A stretch of DNA of 64,000 bases, taken from Clostridia bacterium (GTDB taxonomy: Bacteria > Bacillota > Clostridia > JAAYHZ01). Shown here piece after piece: positions 30,049 through 38,876 of the stretch (position 1 is its first letter; every line of letters begins with the position of its first letter). The position numbers and the translations under genes are program-made. The notes under the pieces are model-generated. The model had not been told where the DNA came from, ran no database searches, and worked only from the letters and a program-made list of their open reading frames with translations. Where the stretch lies: assembly GCA_050950825.1 (NCBI GenBank), contig JBMNIH010000006.1, forward strand, positions 32,001 through 96,000, written 5' to 3'.

Positions 30049-30438
30049 ATGACGAAAAGAACATTTATGACGGAAAAAGGCCCTCGATCGGTAGGACCCT
30101 ATTCCACGGCCACGATATACAACGGTTTTGTGTTTGTTTCCGGTATGGGACCCATTGATCCGAACACAAACAAGGTGATCGCTTCTTCCGTAGAAGAACA
30201 AGCAAGGACCATGTTTACCAACGTAAAAACCGTTTTGGAAGAGTTAGGCTCCTCCATGAACGACGTGCTAAAGGTTACCTTGTATTTAAAAGACATCCAA
30301 GATTTTGCCTTGGTCAACCAAATATACAAAGAATTTTTCGATAAGGATTACCCGGCTCGAACCACCCTGCAAGCCGGCAAGCTTCCTTTGGATTTTTCCA
30401 TGGAAGTAGACGTTATTGCGGCATATAAAGAAAAGTAA
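30049..30438 (+). CDS. RidA-family enamine/imine deaminase
   Basis: GPYS, FVSG, YPARTT, EVDVIA; SD GGAGG. Confidence 0.92.
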   Translation: MTKRTFMTEKGPRSVGPYSTATIYNGFVFVSGMGPIDPNTNKVIASSVEEQARTMFTNVKTVLEELGSSMNDVLKVTLYLKDIQDFALVNQIYKEFFDKDYPARTTLQAGKLPLDFSMEVDVIAAYKEK

Positions 30439-30526
30439 AGACGATTTTTACTCATGTCGAAGGTTTATATGAAAGGCGGTGAAACGCCCGGTTTTTATAC
30501 CTTAAGCGTGAGAAGCCGGGTAAACG

Positions 30527-32713
30527 GTGAAGGCAACAACACGAGTTATATTCCTTTCGGTTTTCTTGATCTTGTTATTCGCCCCCGGGCTCGTGAATGC
30601 GGACCGAGGGCTGACGGTAACGATTCTTCCCGGAGATGCTTACTCCTTGGATGTGAAATTGACGTCTATCGGAAAATCCTATGTCTTAAAAGGAGAATGC
30701 GAAAATCCGGAAGCTTTGCAATGCTTTGTACAATGGATGAAAGACGAATCTTTAATTCGTAAGGACGTCTATGTTCCTGATAACGGATCCTTGTATTGGG
30801 CGGTTTACGCACCGGCAAATGCGAACATTGGCGTTGTGGAAATCCGAAACACGGCAAAGGAAAAGCTCGTCATTAAGGACTTTTCCTTTTCACAAGAAGT
30901 AGTCAGCGCATCCGGAGAAATAAAAGAGGTATCGGAAATCGAAGATATTTGCGAACCCTTAGACCCAAAAGAATATTGGAGCTTGTTTCCTCCTTTGCCT
31001 TTACCGCATCAGGGTCGAATCATACAAATGCATCCGATTTTCAACCGATTTTTCGAATTCGGGTTCATCAATACGGCGGAATTCGGAATGGACATCGCAC
31101 GGAAAACCGATGAAATGATGAACGTGCCCGTAAAAAACGATATGTTAGGAATGCCGGTAGAAAAAGACCTTCCCGATATCATTGCGGGGGACATTCGATA
31201 CAACCCCTATATGAAAGGGCATTCCACCTACAGCACGAAATACTACCCTCGCAGAATGCAAGACTATATCGAATCTTACTTTCTCCCCGCGTATATCCTG
31301 TCCGAGGATCCGAAATATTTGGCGCGGATGGAAGAACTGCTGGCATTTCTTCAATACTCCCAATGGAAAGAAGACGGAAGCAACGATTTTGTGAAAGAAG
31401 TTTTTCCGGAATATAACGCGCTTCACCCGGAATGGTACGGCGGATTTGACTATTTGTTCGATTGGGAATGGTTGGACGCCTATCGATATTTGTGGAGGCT
31501 TCACGAATCGGACCACCATGTCAGCTCCATCATTGCCGGCACGTTCATTACAGGCTATGAGCTTACCGGAAAGGAATCGTATTTTCAAACCGCTTTTGAT
31601 TTTGTATACAATCAGTTTCCGCGATACGGTTTTCATAAGGGAAAATACAAAGACCATGTCTACTATTGGACGGAATACAATCCTACCGGTTTGTCCATAG
31701 GCAATCCCGTAAACGATGCGACGGACAACATCAACGCGTTGACGGCATATGCCGCCGCCAAAATCGGCTATCATATCAAGGACCCGGATTTGAAGGCTCG
31801 TTTTTTGGAGCTGGCTCGGGGGCTTTTATGGTATTTGGTAAGAGAATACGATTACGACGGCTGGTTTTACTACGACGGTGCGGAAAATCCTCTGAACCCG
31901 AGAAAAGCCGTATCCCACGACACGGTATGCATACGGTACGCTTTTTCCGCCATGGCCTATTTGTACAAAGCCGGAGCGGATATTGACGAGTTGTTGGAAA
32001 GCTTCGAACGGATTGATGCGGATATGTCCCAAAGAACGGCTCAATTAAAGCCCATGGCGGATTTGCGGGTTTACAAAATTTACGAAGGGGATTTGGTACA
32101 AGGATCGAAGGTTACCTTTACCGTCTTTGTCAAAGTAAACAGCGATTATCTTTCCGAGCCGGTCTTTTCCGACTCCATTGCCCCTTCCTTTAAGACCGGA
32201 AACTATATCAACGTAAGGATTTCGAAAATCCGCATTCCGGACCAAGACAACCCGAATTATACGGTGGGAGAGGATACGGTCTTTTGCATGCAGAAAAAAC
32301 TGCTCAATTTAGGTGTTCGGATTCCTTTTGATGTGAAAAGAGGGGATATTTTAAGGATTTCTTATGATGTGATTTGCAAAGAGACGATCAAAGATATAAA
32401 AACCAATGCCGGGATACCGAAGGTAGAGGCAAAGACATCCTACCCCTCCTTGATACAAACCGTATCCGCTACGACGACGGTTCGAGGATATGTATTCAAC
32501 ATGGCTCTTCTGGAAAATGCCAAAATCAATTCGTCAAGCTTTCTTTCTCTTTCGGCAAGGATGCATTTTCCCCTCCCGGACGAGACGGAAATTGTGCTTG
32601 AGGACAAGCCCAAGCCTCGGTGCATGGAATACCGAGAAAGAAAAGGCGGGTTTTCCATCAACCGAAATCTTTTGAAGCCCTATATCCTCAAACAAAAAGA
32701 TAGGGCGATGTAG
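30527..32713 (+). CDS. secreted protein of unknown function with central alpha/alpha-toroid-like domain
   Basis: Signal peptide ending VNA; YILSEDPKYL and YELTGKESYF helical-repeat motifs; Trp/Tyr rich. Confidence 0.6.
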   Translation: MKATTRVIFLSVFLILLFAPGLVNADRGLTVTILPGDAYSLDVKLTSIGKSYVLKGECENPEALQCFVQWMKDESLIRKDVYVPDNGSLYWAVYAPANANIGVVEIRNTAKEKLVIKDFSFSQEVVSASGEIKEVSEIEDICEPLDPKEYWSLFPPLPLPHQGRIIQMHPIFNRFFEFGFINTAEFGMDIARKTDEMMNVPVKNDMLGMPVEKDLPDIIAGDIRYNPYMKGHSTYSTKYYPRRMQDYIESYFLPAYILSEDPKYLARMEELLAFLQYSQWKEDGSNDFVKEVFPEYNALHPEWYGGFDYLFDWEWLDAYRYLWRLHESDHHVSSIIAGTFITGYELTGKESYFQTAFDFVYNQFPRYGFHKGKYKDHVYYWTEYNPTGLSIGNPVNDATDNINALTAYAAAKIGYHIKDPDLKARFLELARGLLWYLVREYDYDGWFYYDGAENPLNPRKAVSHDTVCIRYAFSAMAYLYKAGADIDELLESFERIDADMSQRTAQLKPMADLRVYKIYEGDLVQGSKVTFTVFVKVNSDYLSEPVFSDSIAPSFKTGNYINVRISKIRIPDQDNPNYTVGEDTVFCMQKKLLNLGVRIPFDVKRGDILRISYDVICKETIKDIKTNAGIPKVEAKTSYPSLIQTVSATTTVRGYVFNMALLENAKINSSSFLSLSARMHFPLPDETEIVLEDKPKPRCMEYRERKGGFSINRNLLKPYILKQKDRAM

Positions 32714-32876
32714 GGTTGACAAATCCCGAAAGAAGAGAATATCATAAGGGATAATTACGAAATAGAATTTAAGGAATATAGGAAACGGCATAACATGCAT
32801 GCCGGGACAATAAAGGAGGTGGAGAGGGAGCTTCTCCCATGACTGTGGTTGCGGGTTTTAAGAGCCCTCGTTTTTT

Positions 32877-33425
32877 ATGAATGAAAAGGTGAAAGACATT
32901 GCGGCAAGAATTAGAGGTTTAAGAGTGATCGAAGGTCTTTCCGTAGAGGATGTGGCCAAAGCGATCAATCTGGATGTTAAAGAATACGAAAAATATGAAA
33001 ACGGCGAAGACGATATGCCCATAAGCATGTTGTACGCCATATCGGACTTTTACCGCGTGGATTTAACGGAGATATTGACCGGCGTATCCCCCAAGCTTCG
33101 AAACGTTTGCCATGTTAAAAAAGGGGAAGGCCTGAGAGTGGAACGATATGACCAATACGAATTCCAGAGCCTGGCATACAAATATGCCAACCGAAAGATC
33201 GAGCCTTTGCTGGTAACGTTGGATCCGAACAACGATCCGGAATTGGTTTCCCATAAAGGGCAGGAGTTTAATTACTGCCTTGAAGGATCGGTTAAAGTCG
33301 TTATCGGGGACGTTCCCTACATATTGTCTCCCGGCGATTCTCTGTATTTCAATCCCATGATTCCGCACAAAATGGTAACGGCCGACGACAAGCCGGCAAA
33401 ATTTCTGACCGTCATTTTATTGTAA
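32877..33425 (+). CDS. XRE-family HTH + cupin transcriptional regulator
   Basis: IAARIRGLR...YENG HTH; HKGQEFNY...GDSLYF...PH cupin. Confidence 0.92.
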   Translation: MNEKVKDIAARIRGLRVIEGLSVEDVAKAINLDVKEYEKYENGEDDMPISMLYAISDFYRVDLTEILTGVSPKLRNVCHVKKGEGLRVERYDQYEFQSLAYKYANRKIEPLLVTLDPNNDPELVSHKGQEFNYCLEGSVKVVIGDVPYILSPGDSLYFNPMIPHKMVTADDKPAKFLTVILL

Positions 33426-33504
33426 GAAAAATAGAGGAAAAGGAGGGACTGCCGCATATACCGTTTTTCTACGAACGGAATGGAAACGGCAGCAATGACA
33501 TCAC

Positions 33505-35172
33505 GTGAATCTGGCTTATCGATATTTGGAAAAAACCGAATTTGAATCCTATGAGGATTTTTGTGAGAATTTAAAGATAAAGGTACCCGGAAACTTTAAC
33601 TTTGCATACGACATTATGGACGAGTATGCAAAATTGGAACCGGAACGTTTGGCATTGATTTGGTGCAACGATCACGACGAAGAACGCTTCATTTCCTTCG
33701 CAGAAATGAAAAAGTACACCGATAAAGCGGCCAACGTGTTTAAAAAAGCGGGAATCAAAAAAGGCGACAAGGTGATGCTGATCCTGCGTCGTCGATACGA
33801 ATTCTACTTTGCTTTGTTGGGTTTAACGAAGCTCGGGGCGATTGTGATTCCTTCAACGGACCAATTGACGGAAAAAGACATTATCTACCGAAACAATGCC
33901 GCAAAGATCAAATTGATCGTGGCATACAACCGCCCGGACATTATTCGCCACGTGGAAGGCTCTTTGGCGGAATCTCCTACGGTAGAGCAGTTGATGCTGG
34001 TCGGCGGTTCCAAAGAAGGTTGGTTGGACTTCGATAAAATGATGGCGGAAGCTTCCGAAGAGTGGACAAGGCCGACCGGTGAAGAGGGAACGCAGAATAA
34101 CGACATCATGCTCATCTATTTCACGTCCGGAACCACCTCCATGCCGAAAATGACGGTACACGATTTTACTTATCCTTTAGGCCATATCATTACCGCCAAG
34201 TACTGGCAAAAGATCATCGACGGAGGCATTCACCTTACGGTGGCGGATTCCGGTTGGGCGAAGTTTGCATGGGGGAAATTGTACGGCCAATGGATCTGCG
34301 GTGCGATTATGTTTATGTACGATATGGAAAGGTTCGATGCGGATCATTTGTTAAAGAAGCTGGAAAAATACCGCATTGCCACCTTCTGTGCGCCGCCTAC
34401 CGTTTACCGCTTTATGCTGCAGCAGGATTTGGACCGGTACGATCTTTCTTCCTTGGTTCACTGCTCGACGGCGGGAGAGCCTTTAAATCCGGAGGTTTTC
34501 CAACGCTTTTACCAAAAAACCGGGGTGCGTATACTCAACGGATTCGGCCAAACGGAAACCACGGTTATGGTGGCCAATTTTGAGTGGTTCGACGTGATTC
34601 CGGGAGCCATGGGAAAACCGAACCCGGCCTACCGAATCGATATCGTAGACGAGAACGGAAAATCCTGCAGCGAAGGAGTAGAAGGGGAATTGGTGGTCTT
34701 AGGCGTAGACGAGAAAAAGCCGGCGGGGCTGTTCTGCGGCTACTACGACAACCCGGAAGGAACGAGCAAGGTTTGGTACGATAACGCTTACCATACCGGA
34801 GACGTGGTCTACAAGGACGAACAGGGGTATTTTTGGTTCGTGGGACGTAACGACGACGTTATTAAAGCCTCCGGCTACCGAATCAGTCCCTTTGAGGTGG
34901 AAAGCGCGGTTATCGAGCATCCGGCGGTGGTGGAATGTGCCGTAACCGGTGCCCCGGACAAGATCCGCGGTACGGTGGTGAAGGCTACCGTCGTTTTAGC
35001 GAAGGGATACACTCCTTCCGAAGAATTGAAAAAGGATATACAAGAGTACGTGAAAAGAGTAACGGCTCCTTACAAATATCCTCGTATCATCGAATTTGTA
35101 GAGGAGCTGCCGAAAACCATCAGCGGCAAAATCAAGAGAGCACAGATACGAAAAGAGGACGAAAAACGGTAA
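33505..35172 (+). CDS. acyl-/acetyl-CoA synthetase (AMP-forming)
   Basis: YFTSGTTSMPK, GFGQTET, YHTGD, GRNDD, LPKTISGKIKR. Confidence 0.93.
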   Translation: MNLAYRYLEKTEFESYEDFCENLKIKVPGNFNFAYDIMDEYAKLEPERLALIWCNDHDEERFISFAEMKKYTDKAANVFKKAGIKKGDKVMLILRRRYEFYFALLGLTKLGAIVIPSTDQLTEKDIIYRNNAAKIKLIVAYNRPDIIRHVEGSLAESPTVEQLMLVGGSKEGWLDFDKMMAEASEEWTRPTGEEGTQNNDIMLIYFTSGTTSMPKMTVHDFTYPLGHIITAKYWQKIIDGGIHLTVADSGWAKFAWGKLYGQWICGAIMFMYDMERFDADHLLKKLEKYRIATFCAPPTVYRFMLQQDLDRYDLSSLVHCSTAGEPLNPEVFQRFYQKTGVRILNGFGQTETTVMVANFEWFDVIPGAMGKPNPAYRIDIVDENGKSCSEGVEGELVVLGVDEKKPAGLFCGYYDNPEGTSKVWYDNAYHTGDVVYKDEQGYFWFVGRNDDVIKASGYRISPFEVESAVIEHPAVVECAVTGAPDKIRGTVVKATVVLAKGYTPSEELKKDIQEYVKRVTAPYKYPRIIEFVEELPKTISGKIKRAQIRKEDEKR

Positions 35173-35188
35173 AAGGAGATCAATAAAA

Positions 35189-36337
35189 ATGAATCGGGGA
35201 CCCGTATCGTTGGGATTGAATAAACTGAAGGAGGCCGTAAAGGGTAAAAAAATTGCCCTGATGATGAATAATACCGCTTTGACCGAAGCCGGCAAAAGCT
35301 TAATCGACACGATGCATTTCGAGTGGAATGCGGATATTCGATTCTTGCTGGGAATGGAGCACGGCGTAAGGGGAGAGCTAAAGGGCGGAGTAAAGGTGGA
35401 AAATGCCGCCGATCCGATGACCGGGTTGCCCGTAGTCAGCCTATACGATTTCCCCGGATTAAAACCTCCTTCGGAGCTTTTGGCAACGGTTGATGCCGTT
35501 GTATTTTGCGCCCAGGATGCCGGGGTCCGCCACTATACTTATACGCCATGGATGATGTTTGCTATGGAAAGGGCGGCACCGACGGGAACGAAAATCATCG
35601 TTTTGGATCGACCGAATCCTATCGGCGGAGCCGTTGTGGAAGGAGCTTTAGTGAAGCCCGGCTATTTTTCCATTATCGGAGGGTTTGAGTACCCCTACAG
35701 GCACGGGATGACTGTCGGGGAACTTGCTTTGATGTATAACGACAAGCATAAGGTCGGCTGCGACCTTACGGTGATCCCTATGGAAGGCTACAAAAGGTCC
35801 ATGTGGTACGACCAAACGGGACTTTTGTGGATTCCTCCCAGCCCCAACATTCCGGTTTTGGATACCCTTTTGGCTTATGCCACCACGGGGCTTCTCCAAA
35901 GCACCAATGTTTCCTTTGGGATCGGTACCACCGTACCGTTCAACCTGTTCGGAGCGCCCTGGATCAAGGGAGAGGAGTTGGCGGAAAAAATCAATTCGTT
36001 GAACATACCGGGGCTTTTGTGTCTGAGTAAATATTTCATTCCCAATTACGGCATGTACCAAGGGGAGGTTTGCTCCGGCGTATACCTGATTTGCTTGGAC
36101 CGCGAAATCTACCGTCCCGTTACCGCCGCCATACACATTCTTTCTTTATTGACAAGGGACTACAAGGACCGATTTGAATTTACATCCGTAAGGTCTTACG
36201 ACCAACGGGCGGGCTCAAGCCGGTTAAGAGAGGACCTTATAAACGGAAGAGATCCTATCGATATTTTGGCGGAATGGAACGATGAAGCAAAGCAATTCAT
36301 GCAAGATCGAAAACCGTATCTTTTATACGAAGAATAA
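35189..36337 (+). CDS. NamZ/DUF1343-family exo-beta-N-acetylmuramidase-like protein
   Basis: EHGVRG, SLY, QDAGVRHYTY, VLDRPNPIGG, RHGMTVGELA, PPSPNIP. Confidence 0.88.
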   Translation: MNRGPVSLGLNKLKEAVKGKKIALMMNNTALTEAGKSLIDTMHFEWNADIRFLLGMEHGVRGELKGGVKVENAADPMTGLPVVSLYDFPGLKPPSELLATVDAVVFCAQDAGVRHYTYTPWMMFAMERAAPTGTKIIVLDRPNPIGGAVVEGALVKPGYFSIIGGFEYPYRHGMTVGELALMYNDKHKVGCDLTVIPMEGYKRSMWYDQTGLLWIPPSPNIPVLDTLLAYATTGLLQSTNVSFGIGTTVPFNLFGAPWIKGEELAEKINSLNIPGLLCLSKYFIPNYGMYQGEVCSGVYLICLDREIYRPVTAAIHILSLLTRDYKDRFEFTSVRSYDQRAGSSRLREDLINGRDPIDILAEWNDEAKQFMQDRKPYLLYEE

Positions 36338-36344
36338 ACGTGTG

Positions 36345-36372
36345 GGGGCGAAAAAAATTTTTCGCCCCTTTT
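36345..36372 (+). terminator. intrinsic terminator
   Basis: GGGGCGAAAA/TTTTCGCCCC stem plus TTTT. Confidence 0.75.
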
Positions 36373-36432
36373 GATTATATCCGTTTTTTCTATGGACTTT
36401 AGTTTTTTGGAAATATATACTATATCCGTGTG

Positions 36433-36462
36433 CGATATATTGAAGGTCGATATATCGGAGGT
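36433..36462 (+). promoter_or_regulatory. palindromic operator upstream of natAB
   Basis: CGATATATTGA-AGG-TCGATATATCG (10 of 11 bases inverted). Confidence 0.6.
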
Positions 36463-36510
36463 CACAATAATGACGAGTTCAAGGAAACAAGAAAATATGA
36501 GGTGAAATGC

Positions 36511-37236
36511 ATGCTGGAATTAAAGGAACTCACCAAGCATTTTGGTGAAGTAAAGGCCGTAGACCGGGTGAGCTTTCGAGTGGAAAGAGGAGAGGTCTTC
36601 GGTCTGTTAGGAGAAAACGGGGCCGGCAAAACCACCACATTGCGGCTGTTGGCTACCATGCTGAAGCCCACGTCGGGAACGGCGGTTGTTGCGGGATTTG
36701 ACATGGTAAAGGAGCCGGAAAAGGTTCGAAAGCATATCGGTATTTTGTTCGGCGGAGAGTCCGGCCTTTATGACCGCTTGACGGCGGCGGAAAACATTGA
36801 GTATTTCGGAAAGCTCAATAATATGGACAAGGACGAACTGAAAAGAAGAGTCCAAGAACTGACGGAAATCTTCGGTATGGGAGAATATATCCATAGAAAG
36901 ACCGGTAAGTTTTCGAAAGGGATGAAGCAAAAGGTCGCTTTTGCTCGCTCCATCGTACATAATCCGGATATTATGCTTTTTGACGAGCCTACCTCCGGCT
37001 TGGACGTCAGTGCCATCCGGGACGTCCATGATTTTATTATGGACTGCAAGAAAGCGGGCAAAACCATTATCCTGTCCAGCCATACCATGAGCGAAGTGGA
37101 AAAGCTGTGCGACAAGATCGGCATTATTCATAAAGGACAATTGGCGGATTACGGTACCATTCCTCAATTAACAGCCAAATACAAGGAAAGCAGCCTGGAA
37201 GAAGTATTTATAAAGTTAGTGGGTGAAAAAATATGA
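36511..37236 (+). CDS. natA: ABC transporter ATP-binding protein (NatA-like)
   Basis: GENGAGKTT, FSKGMKQKV, FDEPTSGLD. Confidence 0.88.
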   Translation: MLELKELTKHFGEVKAVDRVSFRVERGEVFGLLGENGAGKTTTLRLLATMLKPTSGTAVVAGFDMVKEPEKVRKHIGILFGGESGLYDRLTAAENIEYFGKLNNMDKDELKRRVQELTEIFGMGEYIHRKTGKFSKGMKQKVAFARSIVHNPDIMLFDEPTSGLDVSAIRDVHDFIMDCKKAGKTIILSSHTMSEVEKLCDKIGIIHKGQLADYGTIPQLTAKYKESSLEEVFIKLVGEKI

Positions 37237-38447
37237 GTTTGAAGCACGTTTGGATTGTTTTTTCGAAAGAAATTAAGGATATGGCCAGGGACAAAAGAAC
37301 CCTGATCTCTAACATTCTGATTCCCATCATCTTGATGCCTTTGGTTTTCACGCTGATGGGCGGCGGAATCTCCAAGATGGAAAAAGACATCGTGGAAAAC
37401 GTTACGGTTGCTCTGTCTCAAGCCTCCGACACTCCGGAGATTCGAGATTTGGTGGCGGACATCTTTTCCGATAATCCCAACATAAAAATTCTGGATCCGG
37501 TTGCGGACCCGGTTGAAGCCGTAAGAAACGATCGTATTCGTTTTGTTCTTGACGTGGAAAAAGATTTTGCCGAAAAGATGAACCAAGGAAAGCCTTTTCA
37601 TATTACCGTCACCTTCGACCAAACCGATACGAAGTCCGGAGGCAGCTACGGAATTATTACGAACGCCATCGAGCAGTACGCACAAAAGGTAACGGAAGAT
37701 CGGCTGACGAAGATGAATATCGACGTAAGCATCTTACGGCCTATTGAGATCCTGAACGAGGACGCATCCCCGGAAAAAGGCGGAGGCAATTTGATGCTGA
37801 TGATGATCCTGCCTATGCTTGCCACCATACTGATCGCCGTAGGGGGTATTCCGGCGGCAACGGATTTGGTAGCAGGGGAAAAGGAAAGAGGAACCTTCGA
37901 GCCCCTTTTGACCACCCAAGCGAACAGGATGTCCATTTTATTCGGGAAATATCTGGCCGTTACGTTGTTTGCCATTATCTGCGTTGTGGCTCAGCTGATC
38001 GGCGTTTTCATCGGCAACATCGTATCGCCTACCTTCCTGACCATGGGCGTACCCGGTGCGGACCTCAAATTCCATATCCCGACCTTGGCGCTTTTGTTAA
38101 CGATACTCATTACCGTTACCTTGGGGATGGTTTTTGCAGGGCTTCAGCTTGCCGTCAGCACCTATGCAAGATCCTTCAAGGAAGCCCAAACCTACATGTC
38201 TTTTCTCATGCTGATCGCCATGCTGCCCGCTTATGCCACCATGATGATGCAGCCGGACGATGTAAAGCTGTTTATGTTCTTTATACCGCTTTTAAATGCC
38301 ATCGCCTCTTTAAAAATGGTATTGGGGAATACGATCAATTACTCGTACTTGGGAATCGCACTGGTTTCTTCACTGGTTTATGTGTTCATATCTCTCATAC
38401 TGGCGGCATCCATGTTTAAAAAGGAGAAGGTATTGTTCAGAAGCTGA
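37233..38447 (+). CDS. natB: ABC-2 permease (NatB-like)
   Basis: KEIKDMARDKRT, AGEKERGTFEPLL, ARSFKEAQTY; ATGA overlap with natA. Confidence 0.88.
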   Translation: MSLKHVWIVFSKEIKDMARDKRTLISNILIPIILMPLVFTLMGGGISKMEKDIVENVTVALSQASDTPEIRDLVADIFSDNPNIKILDPVADPVEAVRNDRIRFVLDVEKDFAEKMNQGKPFHITVTFDQTDTKSGGSYGIITNAIEQYAQKVTEDRLTKMNIDVSILRPIEILNEDASPEKGGGNLMLMMILPMLATILIAVGGIPAATDLVAGEKERGTFEPLLTTQANRMSILFGKYLAVTLFAIICVVAQLIGVFIGNIVSPTFLTMGVPGADLKFHIPTLALLLTILITVTLGMVFAGLQLAVSTYARSFKEAQTYMSFLMLIAMLPAYATMMMQPDDVKLFMFFIPLLNAIASLKMVLGNTINYSYLGIALVSSLVYVFISLILAASMFKKEKVLFRS

Positions 38448-38520
38448 TAAATTTCTTCAAAAAGCCTGTCTTTTCTTTTCATTTTTCGGAAAAGGCGGGC
38501 TTTTAATTTAAAGGAAAGGA

Positions 38521-38859
38521 ATGATCCCGGTGTATAAAAAAACCGATTCCGGTCCTTTGACCGAGGGAGTATATTATATTCTTCTGTCGCTGTACCGACC
38601 TCTCCACGGCTACGGCATCATGCAAAACGTGAAAAAAATCAGCAACGGACGAGTTTCGATAAGCGCAGGGACATTGTACGGAGCGCTTGCAGCCTTGTCG
38701 GAAAAGGGGTGGATCGCTCCTTGCAAAGAAAAGACGGATACCCGTAAAAAAGAATATGTCATCACGCAGGAAGGCATAAAAAGGATAGAAGAGGAGATAA
38801 AAAGGTTGGAAGAACTCCTTAAAACCGGTAAGATGGTAACGGGAAGGATAACGGCATAA
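38521..38859 (+). CDS. PadR-family transcriptional regulator
   Basis: PLTEGVYYILLSL...HGYGIMQ...AGTLYGAL; start may be GTG 38530. Confidence 0.92.
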   Translation: MIPVYKKTDSGPLTEGVYYILLSLYRPLHGYGIMQNVKKISNGRVSISAGTLYGALAALSEKGWIAPCKEKTDTRKKEYVITQEGIKRIEEEIKRLEELLKTGKMVTGRITA

Positions 38860-38876
38860 TGCGAAGGAGTATTTTT

